DNA of 64,000 bases from an uncultured Chloroflexia bacterium (GTDB taxonomy: Bacteria; Chloroflexota; Limnocylindria; QHBO01). Below, piece by piece: positions 1 to 8,782 of the stretch (positions are counted from its first letter, which is position 1; each line of letters opens with the position of its first letter). Below the pieces are notes generated by a model. It was not told the origin of the DNA, did not search any database, and saw only the letters and a program-made list of their open reading frames with translations. Where the stretch lies: NCBI GenBank assembly GCA_963825525.1, contig CAWGTN010000002.1, forward strand, positions 1,600,001-1,664,000, read 5' to 3'. The position numbers and the translations under genes are program-made.

Positions 1-204
1 GACGATGCCGCGCACCAGGTCGTACATGGCCCCGTAGTCGGTCGTCGCAGCCACGTCGTCCCGGACGGCACCGGGTTCGAGGTCCGCGTGCAGGACGAGA
101 TCGACCTCGAACGGCTGGGCGGTCGTCCGCTCCCAGTCCAGGACACCGTGCCGCGCCTCGAAGCGCATGCCGATGAGGCTGAGGCGATCGTCGAAGGTCG
201 TCAT
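1..204 (-). CDS. folB: Dihydroneopterin aldolase (5' part; runs off the window edge)
   Basis: Hand translation from ATG at 204: MTTFDDRLSLIGMRFEARHGVLDWERTTAQPFEVDL...TTDYG matches the FolB HGV..E...Q.F.VD and DY pattern. ATGA overlap with the folP stop. Confidence 0.9.
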   Translation of the reverse strand, partial: MTTFDDRLSLIGMRFEARHGVLDWERTTAQPFEVDLVLHADLEPGAVRDDVAATTDYGAMYDLVRGIV

Positions 205-1052
205 CGGCGAATGATCGCGTCCGCGACCCGTCGCGTGCGGGCAATCTCGGCGACATCGTGGACCCGGACCACGTCCGCGCCGGCCGCGATGGCCAGCGCA
301 GCGCTGGCCGCGCTCCCCTCCAACCGGTCGTCCGGCCCGGCACCGCCGAGCAGCTCCCCCAGGAAGCGTTTGCGGCTGGTGCCGATCAGCAGCGGCAGTC
401 CGCCCAGGCGATCCTTCAGCTCCGCGAGCCGATGGAGGATCTCGAGGTTCTCCGGTGTGCCCTTTCCGAAGCCGATCCCCGGGTCCACCAGCAATCGCCG
501 GCGATCGACGCCGCGTGCCTCGGCATTGGCGACCGCCTCGGTCAGCCATGCGACAACCGACTCGAAGACCCCGTCGGGGTAGTCCGTTCCCTCGTGGTTG
601 TGCATGAGCACGAGGTGCGCCCCGGTCGCCGCCGCCGCGTCCGCCGTCCCCGGATCACGGAGCGCCGCCCAGACGTCGTTCACGATGGTCGCACCGGCAC
701 GGAGCGCCGCCGCGGCGACTGAACCTTTGCTCGTATCGATGCTCAGGTGGGCTCGATCGCCGACGGCCGCACTGAGTGCGCTGATCACGGGCACGGCCAG
801 TGCGGCCTCGGTTTCGGCTTCGATCTCCGGGTGGTCACCGTAGGCGTCCCGCGGACGGGTGGATTCCGCTCCGACATCCAGGATCTCGGCACCCGCGTCC
901 ACCATCGCTCGCCCCTGTGCGACCGCCGTTGCGACGATCTGCTCGAGATCCTGCCCGGCAACGGCGAGCCCATCGCCCGAGAACGAGTCGGGGGTGACGT
1001 TGATGATCCCCATGACATATGTCTTCGATCCCCAGGCCAGCGCCGGTCGCAT
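201..1052 (-). CDS. folP: Dihydropteroate synthase
   Basis: Motifs VMGIINVTPDSFSGDG, DVGAESTRP, DPGIGFGK, GTSRKRF and VRVHDV. Start placed at ATG 1052, which overlaps the folC stop (TGATG). Confidence 0.95.
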   Translation of the reverse strand: MRPALAWGSKTYVMGIINVTPDSFSGDGLAVAGQDLEQIVATAVAQGRAMVDAGAEILDVGAESTRPRDAYGDHPEIEAETEAALAVPVISALSAAVGDRAHLSIDTSKGSVAAAALRAGATIVNDVWAALRDPGTADAAAATGAHLVLMHNHEGTDYPDGVFESVVAWLTEAVANAEARGVDRRRLLVDPGIGFGKGTPENLEILHRLAELKDRLGGLPLLIGTSRKRFLGELLGGAGPDDRLEGSAASAALAIAAGADVVRVHDVAEIARTRRVADAIIRR

Positions 1053-2374
1053 CAGCTCTCCTCCGCCTCTCCGGTGATCATGCCGCGGACGGCGCCGACG
1101 AGGTACAGCGAGCCCGCCACCACCAGCGGGTCGCCATCGGCCTGGCGGACGGCCTCCTCGCGGTCGGCCACGATGGTTTCGCCAGAGCCGCCGATGCGCC
1201 GCCATGCTCGTGCCAGCTCACGTGGGTCGCGGCCACCCGCGTCGTCCGCGGTCGTGAACACGAAGCGCGGTTCGATGGGTGCCAGGGCGCGCAGGATGGC
1301 TGACACGCGCTTGCCGCGCATCGCCCCGAACACGATGGTCGGGCGCCTGAGCCCCAGGTCCGCCAGCGCGCGGGCAAGCGCCCGCCCACCGTCCGGGTTG
1401 TGGGCGCCATCGAGCAGCACTCGGCCGCGGCCCAGTCGACGGCCGTTGACCACCTCGAGCCTGCCGGGCCAGCGCGCCGCCGCCAGGCCATCCCGGATCG
1501 CCTTATCCGTGATCGTGAGCCGGTGCTTCTCGACGACTGCATCGAGCAGGGCGAGCACCACCGCGGCGTTCTCGGCCTGGTGGGCGCCGATCAGCCCGAG
1601 TCGCAGGTCGCGGATGGCACCGCGGGGCGTGGACGCGTCGACGACCGTGCCATCCCAATCGATGCTCCGCACCGTTGCGCGATACGGCCCGCCGCGTCGG
1701 GCCCGTCGCAGCGGGACGTTGAGCGACGCGCAGCGCTCGAGAATCGGCCGAGCCCCGCGACCGACGGCACCGGTGACCGCCAGGTTGCCGCGCTTGATGA
1801 TGGCGGCCTTCTCGCGGCCGATGGCGGCCAGCGTCGATCCAAGGTGGGCTTCGTGGTCGCGCTGCACGTTGGTGATCGCGGCAACTCCGAGATCCAGGAC
1901 GTTGGTGGCATCCAGCCGGCCGCCCATGCCGACCTCGACGAGCACCAGGTCAACCCGCTGCCGCGCCAGCTCGGTGATGGCCGCGGCGGTGAGGGCCTCG
2001 AACTCGGTGGGGGCGCCGATATCGGCGGCGACGCGGTCGATGGCCGGAAGGACGCGGTCGACTGCCGCCGCAAAGTCCGACGGGGAGATCGGCGTGCCGT
2101 CCACCGCGATGCGCTCGCGATAGGTCACCAGGTGCGGCTTCGGCATGGTTCCGATCCGAAGGCCGGACTCGCCCAGGACGCTCCGCGCCATGGCAACGAC
2201 CGACCCCTTGCCATTCGTCCCGCCGACAAGCACTCCACGCAGCACTCGATCGGGTCGACCGAGCTCAGCCATGAGTCGCTCGATGCGTTCGAGACCCAGG
2301 CTGATGCCGAACCGACCACGCTCGGTCAGCGCGGACACGGCCTCGCGGTAGGTGAGGTCCGGAACGCCGCTCAC
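1052..2374 (-). CDS. folC: Folylpolyglutamate synthase / dihydrofolate synthase
   Basis: Motifs GGTNGKGS, YRERI, EVGMGGRLDATNV, EKAAIIK, WPGRLE, LDGAHN and GSLYLVG. Confidence 0.95.
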   Translation of the reverse strand: MSGVPDLTYREAVSALTERGRFGISLGLERIERLMAELGRPDRVLRGVLVGGTNGKGSVVAMARSVLGESGLRIGTMPKPHLVTYRERIAVDGTPISPSDFAAAVDRVLPAIDRVAADIGAPTEFEALTAAAITELARQRVDLVLVEVGMGGRLDATNVLDLGVAAITNVQRDHEAHLGSTLAAIGREKAAIIKRGNLAVTGAVGRGARPILERCASLNVPLRRARRGGPYRATVRSIDWDGTVVDASTPRGAIRDLRLGLIGAHQAENAAVVLALLDAVVEKHRLTITDKAIRDGLAAARWPGRLEVVNGRRLGRGRVLLDGAHNPDGGRALARALADLGLRRPTIVFGAMRGKRVSAILRALAPIEPRFVFTTADDAGGRDPRELARAWRRIGGSGETIVADREEAVRQADGDPLVVAGSLYLVGAVRGMITGEAEES

Positions 2375-2381
2375 GGGACGA

Positions 2382-2939
2382 TCAGTCGGCCGCGTCCTCG
2401 AAGAAGACGCAGTCGTTGAACTGGCCGGTGAGACACAGGTCGTTGACGTAGCCGGAGTCCAGGTGGACGCCCCCGCGCAGCTCGCAGCGGCTGACCGTCC
2501 CCTCCTGCTTGGCGAGCGTGCGCATGAGCTGCGGGGCCTGGATCGGAACCCGGCCCTTCTGGCCCTGGGTCAGGTAGAAGTGCGGGCAATGGTGCCGGCG
2601 CGGCTTCGAGTAGCCGAGCGGCATGCCGCGGCGCCCGACATGGACGGCCAGTGGCTCGGCCGTCCCGGCGAAACGCTTCTCGGCAATGACGCATCGGCCC
2701 GGCTCGCACTCCTTGTCCTCGTGGCAGCACGCGCGTGCGGGACCGATGCCCTCGACAGCCCACAGCTCCCAGCACGGACGTCGAAGGATGAACGCCGGGC
2801 ATCGGTATCGGATGGTGAGGTCGCAGTTCTCGACCTCCCAGCACATGGTGCGTCGGTCGTCGCCACGTCGGTCGGGGGCGAAGGGGTCGTTCGCCTCGCG
2901 CCGGTCGCCGCCGGCGCGGCGTTCGGTCTTGATGATCAT
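2382..2939 (-). CDS. Cysteine-rich hypothetical protein (ERR/DRR repeats, CW-C-CP-CW motif)
   Basis: 185 aa ORF filling the trxA-folC gap, with GAGGAGG and a TACACT -10-like box upstream. Contains CWEVENC...CPAF...PCWE and further Cys clusters. Confidence 0.7.
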   Translation of the reverse strand: MIIKTERRAGGDRREANDPFAPDRRGDDRRTMCWEVENCDLTIRYRCPAFILRRPCWELWAVEGIGPARACCHEDKECEPGRCVIAEKRFAGTAEPLAVHVGRRGMPLGYSKPRRHHCPHFYLTQGQKGRVPIQAPQLMRTLAKQEGTVSRCELRGGVHLDSGYVNDLCLTGQFNDCVFFEDAAD

Positions 2940-3004
2940 GGGTGCTCGGGCAGCCTCCTCGGCGCGAGTGTAGCGGCTGCCCGAGTGCTCGTGGGCGGAA
3001 CGCC

Positions 3005-3337
3005 TCAGGCCAGGAATTGGCTGAGTCGCTCCTCCATGACCTCCTGGGGCATGTAGCCGACCAGGCGGGCCGCCTCGCGACCGTTCTGGAACACGATGAG
3101 GGTGGGAATGCTGAAGATGCTGTAGCGCATCGCAAGCTGCTGGTTCTCATCGGTGTTGACCTTGGCGATCGACATCTTCTCGCCGTGCTTGTCGCCCATG
3201 CTCTCGACCACCGGTGAGACGAGGCGGCAGGGGCCGCACCAGGGGGCCCAGAAGTCGACGAGGACGGGCTTGTCTGCGTTGAGTACCTCCGACTCAAAGG
3301 TCGATTCGTCGACCGAGATCGGGGCGGTGGTTGCCAT
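3005..3337 (-). CDS. trxA: Thioredoxin
   Basis: VLVDFWAPWCGPC active site and SIPTL cis-Pro. Start MATTAP with GGAGG upstream. Confidence 0.95.
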   Translation of the reverse strand: MATTAPISVDESTFESEVLNADKPVLVDFWAPWCGPCRLVSPVVESMGDKHGEKMSIAKVNTDENQQLAMRYSIFSIPTLIVFQNGREAARLVGYMPQEVMEERLSQFLA

Positions 3338-3424
3338 CTTGAACGAGGTGCCTCCCAAGCGTGGAAACGGGATCGCGGTCATCGTAGCACCGGCCTCGCA
3401 TCCTTGGGCATCGGCCGGGGACCG

Positions 3425-5068
3425 CTATGGGGTTGGCGTCGGTGTCGGAACCGGGGTGGGCGGCAGGGTGGGCACCGGCGTGGGTTCCGGCGTGGGTTCG
3501 GGCGTCGGCTCGGGCGTGGGAGACGGCGTGGGCGATGGAGTTGGTCCGCTGCTCACTACGAGATTGACCTGGGTGCCGGCGGGCACGGTGGTCCCGGCCG
3601 TCGGGTTGCTGCTGAGCACCGAGCCCTCCGGCTCCTGGCTCGGCTCGAAGTCGATCTCACCGACCGTCAATCCGAACTCCCTCAGCGTCGCCTCGGCCTG
3701 CGACTGCGTCTGGCCGCGAAGGCTCGGGACGCGGGCATCCTCCTCGCCGCTTGAGACGACCACGACAAGGGTGGAACCCTCGCTGATCGGCGCCCCGGTG
3801 GCCGGCTCGCAGCGGATCACGGTTCCGTTCGGGATGTCGGACGACGACTCGGACTGCTCCTCGACGACGAGGTCCAGGTCGCGGAGCTGCGTGCGCAACG
3901 TCGTCACTCTCACGCCCTCGCACTCGGGCACGGTCAGCACCGCCGCTGAGGGCGTGGGCGAGCTCGATGGGTCGCCGGATGCACCGAGCAGCTGCGCGGC
4001 AAGGAAGCCGATGGCACCCAGCAGGATCACGGCAAGGACGGCGAGCAGCCAGATCCACCATGGCTGGCCATCGTCCTCGTCTCGATCGTAGGGATCGACG
4101 CGGCGAGGCGGTTGGGCCACGGCGACGCGATCCGCCGGCCGCGTCACGCGCGGCGGGACGTACACGGTCGGCTCGCCTGCGGCGGGCGTCCCGGCCGGCG
4201 CGGCCATGACCCCGGGAAGTGGCGCGCCGGCGGCGTCGGGATCCCGGCGCCAGACACGCAGCGCTTCGGCGAATGCGCCGGCATCGGGGAAGCGGTCAGC
4301 CTGTTCGCGAGCCAGGCCGCGCATCAGGATCGCCTCCAGGCCGGGGGCCACGGGCCGTCCGATGGCGGTCGGTGTCGGCGGATCCTCGTTGAGGCGCTTG
4401 AGGGCCACCGCGGCCGCCGAATCACCCTCGAACGGGCGTCGGCCGGACAGCATCTCGTACAGCACGATGGCCAGGGCGTACACGTCCGAGGCACCGGTGA
4501 CCTCGTCACCGCGCGCCTGCTCGGGGCTGAAGTAGTGGACCGATCCCAGGGTCGTGCCGGTGACCGTCATCGAGGCCTCGGCCACGGCCCGGGCGATGCC
4601 AAAGTCGGTGACCTTCACGTCACCGGAGTCGGTGATGATGATGTTCCCGGGCTTCACGTCGCGATGGACGATCCCCTTGCGATGCGCGACCTCCAGGGCG
4701 CTGGCGACGCCGATCGCGATGCGCACGCTGTCGTCGACCGAGAGGGTGGCGCGTTCGCGCAGAACCGCCGCCAGGTCGCTGCCCTCGACGAGCTCCATGA
4801 CGATGTACTGGTCGCCATCGGCCCCGTCCGTGCCGTAGTCGTAGACGCCGACGATGTTCGGGTGCGAGAGGCCGCCTGCCGAGCGAGCTTCCTGCTTGAA
4901 TCGAGCCGCGAAGCCGGGGTCGGAGCTGAACTGGGGCCGGAGGAGCTTGACGGCGACCTCGCGATCGAGCTGCTCGTCGACGGCGCGCCAGATCGTGGCC
5001 ATGCCGCCCTCGCCCAGCGGGGCAATGAGCCGGTAGCGATCGCTGATGAGCCTGCCGATCATCTCCAC
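3425..5068 (-). CDS. pknB: PASTA-domain Ser/Thr protein kinase (PknB/Stk1 family)
   Basis: Hanks motifs LGEGGMA, VAVK, HRDVKPGN, DFG and SPE. One TM helix (WWIWLLAVLAVILLG), two PASTA-like repeats and a Pro/Thr tail. Confidence 0.93.
   Translation of the reverse strand: MEMIGRLISDRYRLIAPLGEGGMATIWRAVDEQLDREVAVKLLRPQFSSDPGFAARFKQEARSAGGLSHPNIVGVYDYGTDGADGDQYIVMELVEGSDLAAVLRERATLSVDDSVRIAIGVASALEVAHRKGIVHRDVKPGNIIITDSGDVKVTDFGIARAVAEASMTVTGTTLGSVHYFSPEQARGDEVTGASDVYALAIVLYEMLSGRRPFEGDSAAAVALKRLNEDPPTPTAIGRPVAPGLEAILMRGLAREQADRFPDAGAFAEALRVWRRDPDAAGAPLPGVMAAPAGTPAAGEPTVYVPPRVTRPADRVAVAQPPRRVDPYDRDEDDGQPWWIWLLAVLAVILLGAIGFLAAQLLGASGDPSSSPTPSAAVLTVPECEGVRVTTLRTQLRDLDLVVEEQSESSSDIPNGTVIRCEPATGAPISEGSTLVVVVSSGEEDARVPSLRGQTQSQAEATLREFGLTVGEIDFEPSQEPEGSVLSSNPTAGTTVPAGTQVNLVVSSGPTPSPTPSPTPEPTPEPTPEPTPVPTLPPTPVPTPTPTP
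3428..3546 (-). repeat. Degenerate 12-nt tandem repeat encoding the PTP(S/E/V) tail of PknB
   Basis: Repeated ggcgtgggNNNN units on the + strand, translating to PTPSPTPSPTPEPTPEPTPEPTPVP. Confidence 0.8.
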
Positions 5069-5075
5069 GTCGGCG

Positions 5076-5948
5076 TCAGTCTCGCAGGTCGAGGCCGCGA
5101 ATGTAGGAGCGGAACTCGTCCGCGTCGTCAGACTCGAGGCCCACCGCCACGTTCGCCTTCAGCCAGCCCAGCCGCGTGCCCGCGTCGTGGCGCGTGCCCT
5201 CGAACTGGTAGCCGAAGACCGGCTGCTCGTGGATGAGGCCGCGGATGGCGTCGGTCAGCTGGATCTCGCCACCCGCACCGCGCGTCGTCTGCTCCAGCAC
5301 GTCGAAGATCTTGGGGGTCAGGACGTAGCGGCCCAGCACCGCCAGGTCGGACGGCGCGTCGTCGACCGCCGGCTTCTCGATGAGGTCTCGGATCTCGACC
5401 AGCCGGCCCTCCTCGTGGAGCGGCTCGAGGATGCCGTAGCGGCTCACGTCCTCGCGTGGGACCCGCTGCACCGCCACGACGCTTCCGCGGTGGGCCATGT
5501 GCGCGTCGATGAGCTGCTTGGTGACGGGCTCGCCGGTCGGGTTGAGCATGACGTCATCCGACAGGAGCACCGCGAACGGCTCCTCGCCGACGAGGTCCTT
5601 GGCCATGAGGACGGCGTGCCCCAGGCCGAGCTGCTCACGCTGGTGCACGAACGCAACGGTGCCGAACTCGCTGATGCGCCGAATCGTGCGCAGCATCTCG
5701 ATGTCGCCGCGCTCCTCCAGCCAGCGTTCGAGGGAGGGGCTCGAGTCGAAGTGGTCCTCGATGGCGCTGCGCCCGGTGGCGATCACGATGATGATCTGCT
5801 CGATCCCGGATGCCACTGCCTCCTCGACCGCGTACTGGATGATCGGCCGATCGACGAGCGGCATGATCTCCTTCGGAATCGACTTGGTCGCCGGAAGGAA
5901 TCGGGTCCCGAAGCCCGCGGCGGGCAGGACGGCTTTTCGGACGCGCAC
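5076..5948 (-). CDS. galU: UTP-glucose-1-phosphate uridylyltransferase
   Basis: Motifs KAVLPAAGFGTRFLPATKSIPKE, QLGLGHAV, EKP and GEIQLTDA. GTG start at 5948 with GGAG upstream. Confidence 0.95.
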   Translation of the reverse strand: MRVRKAVLPAAGFGTRFLPATKSIPKEIMPLVDRPIIQYAVEEAVASGIEQIIIVIATGRSAIEDHFDSSPSLERWLEERGDIEMLRTIRRISEFGTVAFVHQREQLGLGHAVLMAKDLVGEEPFAVLLSDDVMLNPTGEPVTKQLIDAHMAHRGSVVAVQRVPREDVSRYGILEPLHEEGRLVEIRDLIEKPAVDDAPSDLAVLGRYVLTPKIFDVLEQTTRGAGGEIQLTDAIRGLIHEQPVFGYQFEGTRHDAGTRLGWLKANVAVGLESDDADEFRSYIRGLDLRD

Positions 5949-6171
5949 GATGATCTGGGGTACTCCTGGCTGCGGCTCACTGATGGCCGGCGCTGCAGCG
6001 TCGGGATCGTCACGAAGGACGCGCGCGGCGGCGGGATCGGTCTCGTGTAGGGGACGCCAGTATAGCAATCGGCGTTGCACGGACCCGATGGTGGCCGGGA
6101 ACGGTACAATCGCGCCGCCCATGATCAAGTCGCTCGTTCGAACGTTCCGCGGGCCCAGCCGCGACCCGCGC

Positions 6172-6567
6172 ATGACCTATGTCAGCCGGCCCATGCCCCG
6201 CGACCTGACCGACGAGGATGCGGTCGCCGCGCTCGAGATCGCGCTCGGCGTAGACCCGAACCCGGCGTACCTGGTCGAGACGCTGCCCGCCGCCTTGAAG
6301 CAGGTGACCGGACGCGACCTCCAGGTGCTCGACCGATCCGTCCGGGACGTTACCGGCGCCTTCAGCAAGATCCAGGTCATGATCCGCGACGGCGACGTGG
6401 GCAGCTGGCCGGGGTATGCCGCGATGTCCTATCCACTGCTGGATGCGTCCACAAAGGCGGAGGAGACCCGCGCCGCCATCGTCGCGGCCGATGCGCCCGG
6501 CGAGGAGGGCGCGGATCCGGCCGGGCCGAAGGTCGGCTGGGAGCCGCCGCCTCCGGTGCGCCGCTGA
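6172..6567 (+). CDS. Hypothetical protein (start 6121, 6172 or 6193)
   Basis: Coding-like frame divergent from galU, with TACAAT near 6105. Its stop overlaps the next ATG (TGATG). Confidence 0.6.
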   Translation: MTYVSRPMPRDLTDEDAVAALEIALGVDPNPAYLVETLPAALKQVTGRDLQVLDRSVRDVTGAFSKIQVMIRDGDVGSWPGYAAMSYPLLDASTKAEETRAAIVAADAPGEEGADPAGPKVGWEPPPPVRR

Positions 6568-6746
6568 TGGGGCGCCAGAACGTCCCGCGCGACCAGTGGC
6601 TCGAGCTGGGCCACGAATGCCCACGCTGCGGCGAGAGGATCAACGAGGAGGACGTCCATGCCTGGCGCCCGATGCCCGAGGATCCGAAGCTGCTCCTGCT
6701 CTACTGCCCGAACTGTGGCGACCGCGTCGAGATCAACCACATCTGA
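6567..6746 (+). CDS. Small zinc-ribbon protein (59 aa)
   Basis: MGRQNVPRDQWLELGHECPRCG...YCPNCGDRVEINHI has two CxxCG knuckles. Translationally coupled to the upstream ORF. Confidence 0.75.
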   Translation: MGRQNVPRDQWLELGHECPRCGERINEEDVHAWRPMPEDPKLLLLYCPNCGDRVEINHI

Positions 6747-6761
6747 GGTCCGCAGCAGAGC

Positions 6762-7205
6762 GTGATGGAGACGACGTTCGACACGGTCATCCGCGGGGAC
6801 GGCAACAACGCCGGCATTGAAGTCCCGCCCGAGAACCTGGCGCAACTGGGAAGCAGCAAGCGGCCCCCTGTCGTGGTCACCGTCGGGACCTACAGCTATC
6901 GGAGCACGGCCGGCGTAGTGGATGGCCGAACCATGATCTCGCTGCCCAAAGCTCATCGCGACGCGTCCGGTCTGAAGGCCGGTGACGAGGTGACCGTCAC
7001 GCTCACGCTCGACGCCGGGGCCCGCCCAGTGGACGTCCCTCCTGAACTGGCCGCCGCGCTTGAGGACGCGGGGCTCACCGCGAAGTTCGAGGGCCTCGCC
7101 TACTCAAAGCGCAAGGAGTACGCACGATTGGTAGGCGAAGCGAAGGCTGAGGCAACGCGTGCGCGGCGCGTCGATAAGGTTCTCACCCAGGTGGCTCAAG
7201 GCTAG
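6762..7205 (+). CDS. DUF1905 / YdeI-OmdA-associated family protein
   Basis: N-terminal KRPPVVVTV..YSYRST...GLKAGD beta domain. C-terminal VPPELAAAL...LAYSKRKEY...AKAEATRARRV. Confidence 0.85.
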   Translation: MMETTFDTVIRGDGNNAGIEVPPENLAQLGSSKRPPVVVTVGTYSYRSTAGVVDGRTMISLPKAHRDASGLKAGDEVTVTLTLDAGARPVDVPPELAAALEDAGLTAKFEGLAYSKRKEYARLVGEAKAEATRARRVDKVLTQVAQG

Positions 7206-7340
7206 GTGCCGGTAGTGGCCCGCGGCACACGGTGAGCGCACGAGACGGCGCCGGCGCGCGGAGGCACCTGGGTGCCGAATCCACCCACCCCTGACCGGTG
7301 AGGTGCGCGCGAGGGCCGGGAGTACCCGGCGGGGGAGGGT

Positions 7341-7417
7341 TGGTGCCCCCAAGGGGATTCGAACCCCTGATCTCCACCTTGAAAGGGTGGCGTCCTAGGC
7401 CTCTAGACGATGGGGGC
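7341..7417 (-). tRNA. tRNA-Glu (anticodon UUC), CCA encoded
   Basis: The reverse complement folds as a cloverleaf: acceptor GCCCCCA/TGGGGGC, anticodon arm CCACC-CTTTCAA-GGTGG, T arm AGGGG-TTCGAAT-CCCCT, 3' ACCA. TACGAT -10 box upstream. Confidence 0.97.
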
Positions 7418-7475
7418 ATCGGTCGGACCGGGGGCCAATCGTAGCAGCGAGACGGCCGCCGATGCTCGCCGCGGG

Positions 7476-7787
7476 TCAGCCCAGGAAGAAGAGCAGCACC
7501 AGGATCAGCAGGCCGGCGATGGCCACGGCGGCCACGAGCGCCATGAGCCCGCCGCCGATGGCGATGATCACTGCCTGGCCATGCTGGTGGCGCCGCGAGG
7601 CGCGGCTGGCCCAGATCCACCCCTGGCTGAACAGGAACAGCCCGATGAGCGCGCCGAGAACGGCAGCCGCCAGCAGCGCCAGGACCGACAGGTCCGAGTC
7701 GCGGCCCAGCAGGGCGAGGGCGGAGAGGGCGCCGGCGATGATCAGGCCCACGATTCCGATCACGGCGTTGCGCAGCAGAGGGTGCAT
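7476..7787 (-). CDS. Small membrane protein (about 3 TM helices)
   Basis: 103 aa hydrophobic ORF with TAGAAT 9 nt upstream of the ATG. Confidence 0.75.
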   Translation of the reverse strand: MHPLLRNAVIGIVGLIIAGALSALALLGRDSDLSVLALLAAAVLGALIGLFLFSQGWIWASRASRRHQHGQAVIIAIGGGLMALVAAVAIAGLLILVLLFFLG

Positions 7788-7880
7788 CGGCGCGCAATTC
7801 TAGCCGGTCACATTGGGTACGTAACTTGCTTAGCCAGTGAGCAAGAGACCGACCACCGACACCAGCGAAGGAGGCGCCAG

Positions 7881-8147
7881 ATGGCCGACGGCCGTGGCAC
7901 CGACCAGAACGGCACCACCGACGAAGGAAACATGAGCGTCCGGGAGGCCGGACGGAAGGGCGGCAAGACGACCCGCGCCCGGTATGGCGCCGAGTTCTTC
8001 CAGGAGATCGGCTCGAAGGGCGGCAAGGCCGTCAGCGAGCGTTACTCGAACGAGCACTTCCGCGAGATCGGGCGCAAGGGCGGCCGGAGAGTGGCGGAGC
8101 TCATCGCTCGCGCGAAGCGCATGGAGCCGGATCAGCCCGCGGAGTAA
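7881..8147 (+). CDS. KGG-repeat general stress protein (GsiB/YciG-like)
   Basis: Repeats EAGRKGG, EIGSKGG and EIGRKGG. AAGGAGG RBS before ATG 7881. Confidence 0.9.
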   Translation: MADGRGTDQNGTTDEGNMSVREAGRKGGKTTRARYGAEFFQEIGSKGGKAVSERYSNEHFREIGRKGGRRVAELIARAKRMEPDQPAE

Positions 8148-8737
8148 CGCTGCTCCTTCCAGGGATCGGCCTCGTTGTGGTAGCCGTTGCGCTCCCAGAA
8201 CCCGAGATGGTCCTCGGCACTGAACTCGACCCCGCGCAGCCACTTCGCGCTCTTCCAGAAGTAGGGACCCGGCACGATGGCGCGCATCGGGTAGCCGTGC
8301 TCGGGGCTGATCGGTTGTCCGTCGTAGTTCCATGCCAGCAGACAGCCGGGCTGCATCGCCGTGGCGATCGGCACATTCGAGGTGAAGCCGCCCTCGGCGT
8401 GGAAGATCACGAAACGCGCCTGGACGGTCGGGCCGGCCACCTCCGCGATATGCGTGAACGGGACGCCCTCCCAGCGCGTATCGAGCTTCGACCAGCGGGT
8501 GACGCAGTGGATGTCATGCGTCTCCTCGGCGGTCGGGAGGGCCCGGAACTCCGCCCAGCCGAGCGTGAACGGATGCTCGACCTCGCCCCACACCCGGAAG
8601 TCCCAGCCGGACAGGTCGGCGAAGTCCGGGACGCGACCGAAGTGCAGCACGGGGAACTTGTCGGTCAGGACCTGACCGGGCGGGACCCGTTCGGCGAGCT
8701 CGGGCGGAATGTTGCGCCTCTGCCAGGGGAAGGCCAT
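8132..8737 (-). CDS. Sulfite-oxidase-family molybdopterin oxidoreductase (YuiH-like, no export signal)
   Basis: Motifs PPGQ, DIHCVTRWS (Mo-ligating Cys), HGYPMR, YFWKSAKW and GFWERNGYH. Confidence 0.9.
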   Translation of the reverse strand: MAFPWQRRNIPPELAERVPPGQVLTDKFPVLHFGRVPDFADLSGWDFRVWGEVEHPFTLGWAEFRALPTAEETHDIHCVTRWSKLDTRWEGVPFTHIAEVAGPTVQARFVIFHAEGGFTSNVPIATAMQPGCLLAWNYDGQPISPEHGYPMRAIVPGPYFWKSAKWLRGVEFSAEDHLGFWERNGYHNEADPWKEQRYSAG

Positions 8738-8782
8738 TGGCGAAGCCTGCGCGGTCCGCGCGCCGCGGTCAAGGCCGAGAGA

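Noticed and set aside
3428-3546. Short tandem repeats that could suggest a CRISPR array or VNTR
   Set aside because: These are in-frame 12-nt units encoding the Pro/Thr tail of PknB. There are no unique spacers and no cas genes in the window.
7341-7417. tRNA-Glu as an integration site for a genomic island
   Set aside because: No integrase, no duplicated tRNA 3' end noticed, and no visible GC shift on either side.
8132-8147. Convergent 3' overlaps (KGG/molybdoenzyme, also 15882-15885 and 52559-52562) as antisense regulation
   Set aside because: Short tail-to-tail overlaps are common in compact high-GC genomes, and there is no further evidence.
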